Shown here piece by piece: positions 1 to 14,225 of a stretch of DNA of 64,000 bases. The DNA is from Tubulanus polymorphus (lineage: Eukaryota; Animalia; Nemertea). The first letter of the stretch is position 1, and every line of letters begins with the position of its first letter. The stretch lies in NCBI RefSeq assembly GCF_964204645.1, contig NC_134031.1, positions 3,100,001-3,164,000 on the forward strand, written 5' to 3'. The notes beneath the pieces were generated by a model. It did no database searches. It saw only the letters and a list, made by a program, of their open reading frames with translations, and was not told the origin of the DNA. Both the position numbers and the translations under genes were made by a program.

Positions 1-345
1 CAACATTTGGTTAACAGTCCAGGTTTGGTGACCCAAGGGTCAACATTTGGTTCACAGCCCTGGTTTGGTGACCAAAGATTGGAACTTTGGTTAACAGTCC
101 AGGTTTGGTGACCCAAGGGTCAAAGTTTGGTTCACTGCCCTGGTTTGGTGATCAAAGATTGGAACTTTGGTTAACAGTCCAGGTTTGGTGACCTAAGAGT
201 CAAAAATTGGTTCACGGCCCTGGTTTGGTGACCAAACAGTCAATGTTTGGTTCACAGCCCTGGTTTGGTGACCAAAGCTTTAAAGTTTGGTTCACTGCCC
301 TGGTTTGGCGACCAAAGTATCAACATTTTTCACGGCCCTGGTTCA
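1..345. repeat. Minisatellite, 40-bp unit with 80-bp higher-order alternation
   Basis: TTGGTT(A/C)ACAG(T/C)CC(A/T)GGTTTGGTGACC recurs every 40 bp, with two alternating variants; truncated by the window start. Confidence 0.9.
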
Positions 346-2697
346 ATAACTATACTAAGTTGGCATTAAACTAAGAATAACTCAGATATTTGATAAATTA
401 CATGCGGAGCAGTTTTTAGCCATTAAATGGTCACCGCTGAAAAAATGCACATAACATGAAATTGAGCTTTGCATGTTTTAAAAACTGGCCATAATGGATA
501 GATCAGACACAGTCACCCACATGATCACATGTATAAAGCTTAATCTAGCACACTAGCATCAAAGCCACCACAATAAGTACACCGGCGTCAAAATAACCTA
601 GTGTGAGGGGGCAATTTCTAGGCATTTTTTGCTTGATATTTTTTGACGCAACGCGCCAAGTTCGCCTGAGTGTGCGCCTAATTCTGTATCAGTGCCGCAG
701 GATTTAGTTTCAATGCGCATGCGTGACCTACTTGCCACTTGACCTACAATAGTGACAGATGCAGCGGTTGAAGCTGCATGGTTGTTGCTAGTGTGCGGGA
801 AAAGTTTTCGGTGTCAATGTCACTGATAAATTGTCGCGGCGTTGTTGTTGCCGCAGCTTTGAGGCTAGTGTGCTTTTAGATTGAACCCTAAATGGGTTCA
901 CAATCTGTACTAATTAATGTCAAAAATTGAACTAATTAGAGTCTGGAATAATGCATCGATCAAACATCTAAGAGCTACGTCATATAAACTTGACAAATTG
1001 AAGCACTGATAAAATTTCAAATACTTAAACTGCAGAGGATGAAAATAACTTTCAAATAAACTGATATGATCGTGGAAAATGGCTAAATAATCTAACTGTC
1101 ACAAAGAGAAATAAAGCTAACCATTGACAAAACACTAGAGTATCCCGCAATGAAACCAAAAATATATTAAGTTTGAAAATGTTTCTTTGGATTTGCGCAG
1201 TTCATTCTATGTTTCGACTACATTCTAATATTCATCAGGAATGAGAAATATAGCTGCAAAGCAGCGATAACGGATTTTCTGCTTTAATGATTTCGCGATC
1301 GCGATCAACTAGCGATAACGGGTTTTCTGCTTTAATGATTCCGCGATATTGAACAACTCGGAAGTGATAAAGTCCGTATTGAATTAATTCATCCAAATCT
1401 TATTCCGCATAATTCAATAGGTGCTGCCGATTCACTGCGAAGGGACATACCAGAAGCTAGTTGCTTATTGTCATGTGCTCTAGTTATTGCTAATTTGCTT
1501 ATTCATAATTGCTTGTTCGTCTGCTAGCGCCACCTTGGTGTATATTTCTGTTATTAACTGCATGATTATCAAAAGATGATACCCAGTATAAAACCATCGT
1601 CCCGCGGATGGCATCAAGATTGCCAAGGTACAAAACCCTGCCATGGTCCTGAGGATGACAACAAGCAATTGGCAATTTGCAACTACGATAAATGTTTACG
1701 ACTCTACAGCGCTTTCATGACGGTGATTCATCAAAATACAGCTGCCGCATTTGTAGATCTTAAGGATCCTTATGATTTTATCGGAATCATATTTTTGGTA
1801 AGGAACATATTTCACACGTAAGTCTAATGGGTTCGAAAGCCCGCTCGTAAACTTGGAAGTGATGAATATTTATGGGATTGCATTGTTATCAATGAATACG
1901 AATACTAATTACATTCCAACCATTTCTATGGTACATATATAGAGGAAAAAACAATATTTACAATTAATAACAACATACGCAATTACATCAAAATGAAGAA
2001 AATTGACGCATTTCAATCATACACATAAATCACTAAGATCTTAAATAATTCTCATCACAGAAATAATCTTAAATCCATAATTAAGATGTATAAATGTGCT
2101 TTCAGTATGTGAGTGAACCCCTAGGTGGCGCTCCTTAAAAGAGCCGTTCGTTCTTATGAACGGATATTGACGAAACCTAAGTACGAAATTCAATCCAGCA
2201 AGGCAGAAACCCGTTATCAGCTTAACAGCTATATTCTTAGATCCGTAACTAGGATGGATAAACGCGCTTTATCAAAGTGAACTACTCGCTCAAAGTAGTG
2301 GGAAGGGTCTGTGAGAACTCAAGGTAAAACTGGATCAGGTTCAAAAATATTTCCTGATATAAGTATAATCAGGGCCTTTTGTTCTGTTGAAAAAAACTAG
2401 AAGTCTCAGCTTGAAATACACTGATATCAAAAGAATCTACTCAGAAATATGAAAGTTGAGGATGTATGATAGAACAATAGTCACTCTGTCTTTGTCAATC
2501 CGTGTCTTCATTGTTCCCCCTATATATCGTATGTCCTATAAATCATACAGTTTATTTCAGAAAATGTGTCCCCTCTATGCGAAAAAACTAGGATAACTAA
2601 CTACTATGGATATTTATCTATCTTCAAAAAGTGATATCTATGCCGTGTACTGCTAAAGGCAAATAAAGAGAATCTGAAAATTGATTAAGATGATTAC

Positions 2698-4173
2698 TAC
2701 CGGAAGCGTGCTGGGCACATCATTTACGAGAAATAAAAATTCTATTTTCAGTTGAGATATATCTCAACATATCATTTCGAGTTATTCACCATTAATTCAT
2801 TTACGGTTAAAAAAAAGTTTAGCTGAATTTATGTCGAGTTATTATCTCAACATAGATTTATTTACGATTGATAAAAGGTTTTGCCATTGTTTTGCTGATT
2901 TTATGACGACTTATATCTCGGCATAAAATTATTTACGATTAATAAAAAGTTTTTGGTGAGCATTCACACGGCGTTTTGACACGCGTCGATAAAATGGCTT
3001 GTCACCCGGCCCACAAGATGGCACCTTCTGCTAAATGATTTACTGGACCTGGATGAAGTCTTGCTTGCAGATTCGAAGTAGAGCAAGACATTCTTCATTT
3101 GACCAATTCGATCCTCTGTCGGGTTTAGACATTTTTGCGAATTCGATTTTATTCTATCTCTGAAACTCTAAGCGTCGTTTAAACGCGATTCAAAACACGG
3201 AAGTAAAACGGTTGATGATCGCGACACACGTATACAAATATTCGTTACACTCCAAACATTTCCACAGTATAGGGAGGAAAAAACCCATCCTCCCCCGGCA
3301 GGGATTCGAACCTGATGGCATCGAGATTGCCACGGCACGAAACCCTGCCATAATCGACCGTGTGCGCAGATACATGCGCAGTTCAGATGATGTGATTTTT
3401 AGCCAATCAGAAATCCCGTTTTATTTTAGCCCGGGTTTTCCCATTTATAGTTCTTCCTTGAAATTTGCCTCAACGATTATACAACGAGCAATCTGATTGG
3501 TGCCGCCAGTTTTCGTTCGGAAAGCTGCGCATGTACCTGCGCACCCGGTCTACTGATGCAGGGGTTCGTGCCGTGGCTGAGTGTAGCGATGCCATCAGGT
3601 TCGAGTCCCTGCAGAGGGAGGATGGAAAAAACCGTACTTAAATTGATTACATAAACGGTAATATAAGCATTTAAAACTTAATAAACTTGAGTCGCACTCT
3701 ACCGCAGAGGTCACGACATCTACCGCAGAGATTCAGAATCACGATTTAGACCGGACCATATATTGAGACCGATCCAAAATTTGGACCTAAATTTCGTCGC
3801 GTGAACGCGCCTATTATCTCGACATAAAATAATTTAGGAAAAGACGGGAAAAAATTGAATTTATGTCGCGATAATTATGAAATCGGGAAAACTTTTTATT
3901 AATCGTAATTGTAATTAAACGTTTAAAATTGTTGACATAATAACTCGACATGAAATCAAATTTCTTTTCATAAATGATGTCGCCAGGACGGCAGCGGACC
4001 TCGATGGAAAATCGAATTGTGAATAAAAGACAAAGATTTCAGAATTTATGTCGAGATAACTCGATATAAAATTTGAAAAACTTAATCGTTAAATGATGTT
4101 GATGTTGAGATATATCGCAACTGAAAATAAAATTTTCATTTCTCATAAATGACGTCCCCAGGACGCTTCCGTA
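2698..4173. mobile_element. Non-autonomous TIR DNA element
   Basis: Left end TACCGGAAGCGTGCTGGGCACATCATTTACGAGAAAT..TTTTCAGTTGAGATATATCTCAACAT is the imperfect reverse complement of 4090-4173 (..ATGTTGAGATATATCGCAACTGAAAAT..CATAAATGACGTCCCCAGGACGCTTCCGTA). Subterminal repeats present, no transposase ORF. Confidence 0.7.
3286..3625. mobile_element. Palindromic MITE-like element nested in the 2698-4173 element
   Basis: CCATCCTCCCCCGGCAGGGATTCGAACCTGATGGCATCG..GCCACGGCACGAAACCCTGC mirrored by GCAGGGGTTCGTGCCGTGGC..CGATGCCATCAGGTTCGAGTCCCTGCAGAGGGAGGATGG. Confidence 0.7.
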
Positions 4174-5219
4174 TAGATTTTAATACAAATCACTTTTTTA
4201 ATATATTCCATGCTCTCTTTTTAAAATAAACAGTACGTTTGTCTTCGAATCTGCAGCCAAAGAGGAAGCAGCATTGAATGACGCATGGAATATTCGGTCA
4301 CTATTTCACACGCATTCGTGGCATGTAATGGCGGCTTAGCCATCGTCAGCGAGCGCCGCAGGTGCAAATCTCCAAAAGGGGATCCGGGCATCCCCCTTAC
4401 GAAGTATTGAAAGATTAGATGAATGTCGTTGCATTCTAAGCGCTTTCCTGGTTGAAATTAGGAATGTAATACGCTCACAATTTCACTATTTTGTAAGCAA
4501 GTCTTGGGGAGAAAATTCTAAGATCATTCGGTAAAAAAACAAGGGAACACGCACCGCTGCGACCACTCCTGGATCCACCACTGAATGTGGACTGCCTCTC
4601 GACAACAATCTTCTAAGTCCTCGAGACTGCAGTCTTCCTACTAAAGTGCTTTAACCGCAGTCAGTATTTCGAATGATATTTAAAGGAGCTTATAAGTAGA
4701 ATACAACTTTTTGATGGCATCGTATTCAAAAAGAAGCAGTACGCCACCAGCTTTCAACAGTAATTATTACGTAAATAATTGTCGATTAATTGAATTGCTC
4801 ATTAAGCCATATTTCGATCAGGGAGCAGTTTCTAAAATCATTCACGTAAATTAGTCATTCGTGGCCGACTTGAATAACGGCCCTAAAAAATTAAAAAGTA
4901 CCCATTCAAAAATCAGGGGCAATTATCTCTTAACGGTTTTAAGAGAAGTGACAGTGAAATTACGCGCACTAACCGGAGATCAAACCCGGGTCTCATAGAA
5001 GGCAATCGCACTATAAACCAGTAAAACTAATAGAACTAGTCCATTAAACCAGCTTGTCGTATGCATAACGACTGTAGAATTACATGTTCAAGTCTCGTGT
5101 GATGCCTAACAGTAAAGGTGTTTTATACTAATCCTATTGGTTATTAGAATACTATAAAAAATGGGACACATTTTCTGAAATATCCTGAAGTTCGAGACTA
5201 ATAACTACTACGACTGTAC

Positions 5220-5560
5220 CTGACCCTAAATCCCCACCCGCCTAAACCCTAAACCCTACACTTCCACCCACCTAGACCCTTTACCCCTCCCTCCAAAGTC
5301 CTACCAACACCCATCCTCCCCTGCCCAACCCTACATCCTACCCTCCCTCACTCCATCCCTCTTAGACCCCATCCCTCCTGCCCTCCCAGACCCCCATCCC
5401 TCCCGCCCTCCCAGACCCCATCCCTCCCCACCCTCCCAGACCCCATCCCTCCCCCCTCCTGCCCTCCCAGACCCCATCCCTCCCGCCCTCCCGGACCCCT
5501 TCCCTCCCACCCTCCCAGACCCCATCCCTCCCCCAGCCCTACCCACCCTCCCCGAACCCC
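5220..5560. repeat. C-rich tandem/low-complexity repeat (about 21-25 bp units, CCCTCCCAGACCCCATCCCTCC)
   Basis: Directly visible tandem units; the minus strand is G-rich with G-quadruplex potential. Confidence 0.9.
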
Positions 5561-6106
5561 ACGGTTAGATGAGTTGAAGTGTTACGATGTTTTAGTTAGA
5601 CGGATGGGAATTGTGAAGATGAGAGAACAATTCACTGTTCAATCACAGGATGAACTAATGTAGTAATCTGTACTCTTGTATCTGCACACAATGTTACATG
5701 TATCTGTAACTGTTCAAACAGTCCGAGATCTACAGCAGTATAATCTAGAGAAATTGTAAACACATCTGATTGTGGCGAAGGAACATGATTGATAACAGTT
5801 AACGTTGTGTTATTGACATCGGGGACCAGTTTCATATTGAGTTGATCAATTTAGAAAACCTGTAAACCCGCTTTATTCTTTTATGTATCGCTGAAATAAC
5901 AATCCCAACTATGAACTAATCCTTACCAAATATATACACCACCGATATAAAGACAATTGAATGGATTCAATAAACAAATGTAAAAGCCAAGATTTCATTT
6001 CAAAACATGGTTTATAACGAACACTATAAAACTGGTCCCTTAAAATCAAATCAACAACCGATAAATAAGAGATAAATGTAACTTATCTTGAATTTCCATT
6101 CAATGA

Positions 6107-6430
6107 ATCCTGATGTCCTTTGCAGAATCCAAGAGTCTTAAAGTAAAACAGTGATTCCTGATGTCCCTGCACAGAATCCGAGAGTCTTATTGTAAAACAG
6201 TGATTCCTGATGTCCCTGCGCAGAATCCGAGAGTCTTATTGTAAAACAGTGATTCCTGATGTCCCTGTGCAGAATCTAAAAAAGTCTGATAGTAAAGCAC
6301 TGTTTCCTTGTCCTGTATTGAATCCAACAAAGTCATGTAAAGTACTGATTCCTTGTACTGTACTTAATCCAACGAAGTATTACTGTAAAGCACTGATTCC
6401 TGGTTGTCCTGCGCTGATTCCAAGGTCCCA
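6107..6430. repeat. 49-bp minisatellite, degenerating 3'
   Basis: GTAAAACAGTGATTCCTGATGTCCCTG starts at 6143, 6192 and 6241; further decayed copies follow. Confidence 0.85.
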
Positions 6431-9400
6431 TTGTAGTGATACCTATGATAGACAAATCAAAGATTGGTTTCTTTCCTTAGATAACTGCAGAATTATCAAA
6501 TTCAAAATTCAAACTTACAAATTAAATTGTTCGCTCCAATCTGTAGTTCATTTATCCAGGGTTTTCTATCTACGGTTTAGGTTTTGCCTCCAGACTTCAA
6601 CATCAAACATAAAAGAAAGTAATGAAGATATGAATAGATGAATATTATCTGTTTCTGAAACCGATGAAAACAAAAAGACAAAAAGATGAAATAAAATTAC
6701 ACTGTTTTCACTGTTTCTGATGTCAATTCTTTATAAAATGGTTTAGCACATCTACAAATGAAAACAGAGTATTAAAATTGATACTGGATAAAAACAGAAT
6801 AAATTCATAAAAACGAGGAAAAATTCACTGAAGAATCATTTAAGAACAGATTAGGCCCACAGCACAGCAAGACCTAAGCCCGCGGTCTAGAAATATCAGT
6901 CAGATGACCGTCAGCTTGTTTTGCAGTATTGTTGGAACCGTAAAGCCGCGGCAATAATTTACTGAATGACATTTTTTTTTCTTCCTCTCCTAAGTTTTTT
7001 GACGAAACTCAAGTAAATTTGCCGCGGCAATATCAGAACCGGTCAAAAATCGGCAATTGGCCGAGGCATTCAAAAATTACTTCAAACACGCGTGTTTTGA
7101 GCCCCATATTCTAAATTCCTGGATCAGCCCTGGTCAGTAAATTCATCACTGGCCCTTTTTAGTCTTTCAACTTGTCTTGCTTGACTGATTTTCACCATGT
7201 GCGTCTAGATTCACCTCTGAAATATCATTTACCCGCAAAATCTAAGATGAAATATATTGCTCCATTCCAACTAATGTTACGAACACCTACCGAATATTGA
7301 AATACTGATTTCTGGGGTCTTAAAGGGGGCTGCCTTTGTTTGAAATTAGGCGAGGTTTTTGCTTTTCGCGTTAGCTGAGCTGCACGCCATTTTGATATTG
7401 ATATTGATAATGATATTTTGGTAGTGTCTCAGATAACCGCGCATGTCAAAATGTACAATGTCGGTATCGAGTTTCAATCGAGGTCGAATCCCGCCAGGGG
7501 AGATTCTCGTGCAGGTCTCAGAAATCACCGGTCCCCAGAATTACGAGCTCAGCGGAGTTACCTGTTATGCCAAACCAACATTCGTTATTCCAGATTTAAC
7601 AGTCGGTTCTCCGTTATAGTTAAACGCTCCAAAGGCCCCTGCGCTAAAACCACAGATAAACCTGGCCAAAACTACTGAAATTCATTTTTTGTGTCTTAAT
7701 TGCCGTTGAATAGCTACAGAATTCTGGTTTTTAGCTAGTTGGTGGAAAGCTTTTTTATAATCGGATGGCCTTACGTATGTCAGTTGTGGTTTGTGAAAAT
7801 ATCCGATCCTGAAACTGACCACAGACAGGTACTGACTAGTTTTAAGCATACGATGCTCGCTTTCCTGGGATACGGGGCATGCAAAAGTGCCCTTTTTATG
7901 ATTTAAGAATGCCTTTTTCGAAATCCTGGCTACGGACTTGGGGCAATTCACAACATGGGCGAGAAAGAAGCACAATTTTGCTCAAAGAGGCCGGGTTTCC
8001 AACGGTCCTTTTGAAAGAAGTTAAACATTAGTTTGTTTCAATGGGAAGTTGAGCTGCAATATGTCTTTTTCTAGGTGAACGTATTTGGAAAATGCTTCTT
8101 CTATAGGTCCTCGTTTTACTGGAAAGTACTTCTTTCTCGGTCAAAAAGTCCTTCCTTAAATTGCCGAAAAAGTCCGTGTTTTTTCAAAAGGTAAGTGAGT
8201 GATTTGCTATGCAGTACCGGACAGAGTTCGGGTGACGAAATTGACCACAAATTATATCCGATCCTACATGACTGACAATCAGATGCTAAATAAAAACAAA
8301 TTCCATTACACGGCTTGTGTTGTCTATTTTCAACCTCCGAAAAATGAACGATTAAACTACGGCTTGAATCGTACGCGCGTTGTGCTGTGTCTGGATAAGT
8401 GACTGGTTGCCTGTCCTGAAGACAGGCCGATAACCAGTCTACGATACCAAAATCATAAAGGGGAGTTCGTTCGAACGGACGAGCCCCTCGGGCTACGGGC
8501 TTTGTCTCATCTGTGAAAACGTGTGCCATCTAGGGCTCAGTTGCTCAAAGTAGCCAGTAGCCAGTAGACTGCATCTTAACCTTTGAACAAGCAATTCGCT
8601 TCATTTGGCCCCAATTGATATTATAACATTTCATATTCTGAATGTACATCCACTGTATAACTTATTATAATTTCTTCGTAAATGAAGATCTGATATATAT
8701 TGAATAACCGGATTCGGTTCCACAGCTTGAAATTAGTTCATTTTCGATGTTAAACTCGGATTCAAATCTTAACTCGGAACTAGGATTGGATCCTAGGCCC
8801 TCTGGTATCTGACTTTTGAGACTCATAAATTTCAGAATATGCTAGATTTACAATCACTAACTATCAAACAAAACACATATCAATTGAAATATTATTGCAG
8901 TCAGTTATTACATAGCATGTCATTAGTTAAACTAATGATATGCTATGTAATAACTGACTGTGTTGCTAACGTTTGCATAAACAGTTTCAAACACCATCGA
9001 TTTAATAGATCGGCGATGATGAAATACCATCAGGAATGAATGTTGATTTCAATCTTCACTGTTCTTTAAAAATTGGCTGCGTATGTTTTTGTGATAAAAC
9101 AGTTTAGGGCATATTGTAATCGGCGGTTCGCAAAGATTACAAGGAAGCTTCGGTGGTTCGAAATGGACTTCCTGTTTTCACGGCGATTCACGAATAACCG
9201 AAAGTATCATTAGAATATCAGCGTCGATTATAGCCAGTTCAGTTATTACCAATTTAAGCATCTACCCGCAAGCAATCGACTTAATTCTATTACCGAATTC
9301 AACACTACAGAAAGTAATAATGATTCATATTTGAAACTCCTACGCGTGTAACTGCCAACTCTAAGAGTCCTATTGACTACAGTAATTTCTCATCTAACGA

Positions 9401-12400
9401 CAACCCGTCCGCAATCAGCCAATTAGTCGAGCTACACACGAGATTGAGAGGCGCGAAGGCGTTCTGATTTTGCGCTGACTTGTCATTCGGCGAACTCTTC
9501 GTCTCAGTATTCAGTATCAGAATTCACCAGCTGCGGGATAGTTCACCGAGTCGTTGGTCCATAATCGAATTGCGCTCGAGTTACAAAGGTGAGACTTGTT
9601 CTTCTTTTTTAAACGTTGAATTATCTTCGGTTGATCTCCATTTCATTTAAGGGTCTGTCAACAATAATCTCTTTTCACGGATCAATCTTTTTTCTCATGG
9701 AAATCACGGCAAAAATCTTTTCTAGCTTTTAGTTTTAAGTTAGAATAGTTAGAATAGGTCAAATCAACCGGGCAAATCAACTATTATGGTTTAAGTTAAC
9801 CCCTTATGGTTATAGTTAATATCATCCTCTTGGTAGTCCTGACAGGCTGGTCATTATTCCAACAAGAATGAAGGTCACTAAAAACGGAGCAAATTTTAAG
9901 GGGAACTTTCCAAATCAAAATTAACCAAAATTGTAAATATCGCAATTAAACCAATGGTTGAGAAATGACATAAGAATGAATTGTGAAATGTTTCCTTTTT
10001 AATACGCAAGAAATATTTCAAGAAAAATGAAAGGTAAGATCAAAATATGAGCGACTTCAAAAGTCTGTAATTTCAGAATTCTGCGGCTATTCTGTAGTAT
10101 GGTGGCAGATTTGGGCAAACGCAAACGTAAACTTCCTGTTATTCAAATGAATATTCAATGAATCGAATAAAAGCGAACTTTCTCTAAAAATTTATTTTCG
10201 TCGGCTGAAACAATGCCTTTCTAGTTAGAATCTCAGAAATCCGTTGGGCGATTGCGCAGCCAGGAAAAAGACTAAATTTTGTATTAAAAGATAATCGGTT
10301 TTAGCGTGCTAATTCAAAGATTTTCCTTTCGATTGCGGCGTTCCTTAATATCATGAATTTTACGTCATGGCCTCTAATCATACGGCGGCTATATAATTTC
10401 ATATATTGATATTTGATATTTAAGTGACGCACGTTCCATCAAAATGTGCACTCAATAATATTCAAATCAATTGAAACCTTTTGATAACCGCGGTGTCAGT
10501 TAACAAATCAAACGAAACCGTCTATTCAACTCAGCGGTGATGGCATTCCTTTGAGGTCGTGAATTTTGCAGCAGTGTAATTTTACAGCACTTTACACTTT
10601 CCACGTGCGCCAGACAAACTGTTTAATCGTTTGACTGTAAATCGGTAGATATTTAAGTGATTTATCAAGTAAATACTGCATACGACGATTTGCACTTCTA
10701 TTAAAAGCGTCGTCTCCCGATTGAGGTTAACTCTCGGGCACATTACAACCGCTATTGGTTCGAATCCCATTAATTTTTCAAATTCTTTCGCTAATCTATA
10801 AGTGCGCGCAAATGACGAGATATCGACAAATCTGAATTGGCTCCTTACACCCAACCCCGATGCGATAAGATTCACTTAAGAATGAATTTCCTGGTCATTC
10901 TACGAAGTGACACATGTGCATATAGATTGTGTTGTTGATGGTTAGAGCGGCTGCTACTGAGGTAGACTTGGTTTTCAAAATGCCAATTAAGTTGTTCTCC
11001 AGTACCATTCGAAATGTCAAAAAACGCTCCTAAAAGTTAGTTATCTGTTCATATATATCATTCTATTAGAAACATCGAAATATTCTAATCTACACTGAAA
11101 ATGTTTGGACAAATTTGAAACACTAATGAACATGTTTCGGGCACATGATTAAGCCCTATTTCGTTCATTTTAAGGGTGCAGATAGGCTCGACGAGATATA
11201 TCTATAAATTACTTACTCCCAACAAAAAAGTAAACCATGTATCAATGGGACAGGACACTATCTCAAGCGTCTAAAATGTTTACCGGTTTAGTATGATAAA
11301 TGAAGGCTTAAAAGAATTCGGTCAGCTGGTATAAAACTAAAATGCATCCTCTGTCGTATTTGTGTCTACTTCAATCATCGAAAGGTTATGAGGCGTGTTG
11401 TTGTTGCCAGGAAATTGCGTGAAAAATTTAATTAGAGTTGACCCGTAGTTCGGCATTTGCGGCATTCTTAGTTTTTGTTGTCGGGACAGGAAATTGAGAG
11501 TTAATTATCTTCGGCTCAAGACTCCTGTAAACCGAAGTTTGTCCTAGAAATCTCCTAATCTTACGAGACGTCGATTCTCCGCGCAATTCGGAAAAGCGCC
11601 GTAGAAAGAACACGAAACCTTTTATCGACGCTTTGTAAAAATTACGTATTACATCGTTGAATATCTTGTCGACGGCGAAAAACCCAACGACAATAATGAA
11701 ATAATTGGGTAAGAAAATAAACGAACATGATATCAGGATTCGACGCCACTCTCGGTGAAAAGTGCCAATCGAAAACAGAGACCAGAAACCCGTTTAGCAC
11801 CAATAGTGATGACGTAGTTCTCATTCATAACACACAACCATTAGAATTCATTATCATAAAGACATCGAAATGCAATCAATAGAAAATAGAGAAAAAATCA
11901 TGGCATTTTAATCAATCAAAAGCTAGACACCAATAATACTCAATTTCTATTGTAGTTTGAAACGCCAATACTTATGACGTAGTGCACATCGATGCACACG
12001 TGCCCTTTAAATAACGCGTAGTAGTTACGTAGCAGTGTATAAAAACATTGTTGAAACAGTTTTTTCACGGAGTGAAAAAAGAATCGAGGTTCGTTTTAGT
12101 ACATTACGTAGTAGGAAGTTGAGGACTTTAAGTCCGCGTTATGGAAATTCATAATTGCCAATAATGCTTCTTAGCTCCTGCAGCAACCGAGAGAAATGAC
12201 ACTTTATGGTTGAAACGTCATTAGACGACGATAAATCAACGAAAACCCGATAAGCCATACAACCATATTCAATAAGAGAAATGTCAGCTAGTTTCCTGAT
12301 CTTCAGAGATTTATAACCGCTGACTCGGTGGGTGAAGAAAGTTTTTCTAAAGCAAAACCCGACGGCTCCGAAATGAAATCTCGCGAAATCAGCTACAGCG

Positions 12401-13894
12401 TAATCTGACAATTTAAAGTTAATTCTATGTCGTCATTTCCGCTTGATCGGCCCGACGATACGAATTGATGAGTTTTCGTATAGACCGTCGAAGAAATCGA
12501 ATTCAAATCGCATGACATCCGTTAATGGCGTCAGTTGAGATTGTGCCCGCCGCTGCGCGCCGTAGAGTCGGCCGTAACCGGATTTTACGCTCGAAGAATG
12601 ATAAAGCACCGAAAGGTCGCGGCTACTGGCACACGCTACTTTCTGTGCCAGCGTCATCGATATATTTTCACGCGACGGCAAATACGAAGAAAAAAAACAT
12701 GAGAAATAATAATCTGATTTGATAAGAAACGTGCGTCCACTATCTGCGGGTCTCAAGACTCGTCAAATCATATTGTGATAAACGTGCTGAATTAGCTTCA
12801 TAATGACGTCATAAGTGACTAATGTTCGCTGTAAATAGAAGTCCACTGTCGGATACAGTCGATTTTATCTGCTTATATCATTGTGTTAAGTACGTTGTGA
12901 AATCAACGCCATCAAGATTAGGGGGCATCTTCTTCAAGTGAAACAGTAAATTCCGCCCGACTCAGATCCGATCAACTCGGATGTTTTTTGAAATACTTTT
13001 TTGTGACATTCGATATGAAATATATACATAACATCCAACTCGGATATTATTCATTCCAATTACGATTAAAATTACAATTTACAGTTCCAATAGATCCGAC
13101 TAGATCCGAAAGTCTATTGTATTTGAGTTTTATAAGCATTAACTGACTTACATGTCCGATCAATAAATTCCATACCGAGAGTTCAGCTCGGGGTAGAGCA
13201 AAATTCTCATCAAGTTTTTGACTTTTTCGCTCAAACCGTTTTGTGCAAATGGTGAATTCATTACGACCATCTATATTTCGTTGTCGTTGGGGTAGGCCTA
13301 TGGTTGACCGCGCCCATTTGATTTGGATCGCATTAACCTGGGGTTAAGTTCCGAACGTGAAAAGTACTGGGTCCCGTTTCACGAACAAGTTTAAAAGCTA
13401 AAATGGTTAGGTCTGAATTGTTGTCGACATTGAAAACACGTAGCAAACAGAGGCATCTAAATTAGAAATTGAATACTTTTTGAAAAATAAAACTTGGCCG
13501 TGACTACTGTTTTTGTAAATCTCGATGGATTTGAGCTTGCCGCGGCGCGCGGAGGTAACATCCTCCGCGTCTGGTGAGGTGTCTATTTCTGTTAGTCGTA
13601 ATTAACTTACGAATGAAAAATAGTTATCATAAAATGTCAAAACGTCTGAGTATAATTGAGTTTTCTCTTCGGGGACTACAATTAGGCGCCGTCGCTGTAA
13701 AGCACAGCACTCGTAATTCATCTTCGCACTCAAAAACTAAGGCAAGATGAGCAGAGCGCAATATACGAGTTTGTGCGGATAATGTAATTAGCCCAGGTCG
13801 CTCGTGTCCGATTTTATTATGTTTTTTTTTTTTAAGAGAAATGGTTTAATTACAGATGGAGAAAGGTTAGATAGAAGTTTGGTACACGCGGTGT

Positions 13895-14225
13895 GCTGGG
13901 GAATCTAGGTCCGCGTGGTCTGTGATGGAAACTGGGTCCACGTGGTCTGGTATGGAAACTGGGTCCGCGTTCTTGGTTGGTTAGAAACTGGGTCAAGCGG
14001 GGTGGTTAGTAGCTGGGTCTTCGCGGGTTGGAAGGGTGGATGGAAACTAGGTCCACGCGTGTGTGCGATAAAAGCTGGGTTTACACTGTGTTGCGACGGG
14101 GTCCATGTGGTGTGCGGTCAAAACTGGGTCCATGTAGCCGGGTGGTTGGAAACTAGGTCCACGTGGGTCGAGCATTCTGCGGGATAAGATAGACCAAATG
14201 GACCAAATGGACCAGCTGAACCAAA
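13895..14225. repeat. Degenerate tandem repeat (GGAAACTGGGTCCACGTGG core) plus short GACCAAATG repeats
   Basis: AAACT(G/A)GGTCC recurs about every 27-30 bp. Confidence 0.75.

Noticed and set aside
1-345. Regularly spaced repeats resembling a CRISPR array
   Set aside because: There are no unique spacers, the units are contiguous tandem copies, the context is eukaryotic and there are no cas genes.
2124-2148. Histone 3' stem-loop-like sequence on the minus strand (AACGGCTCTTTTAAGGAGCGCCACC)
   Set aside because: The stem is interrupted by insertions and there is no histone ORF upstream.
5331-5546. Gly-rich 71-aa ORF
   Set aside because: It is a translation of the C-rich tandem repeat.
6210-6641. 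143-aa ORF with Cys/Pro repeats
   Set aside because: It derives from the 49-bp minisatellite and has no gene-like features.
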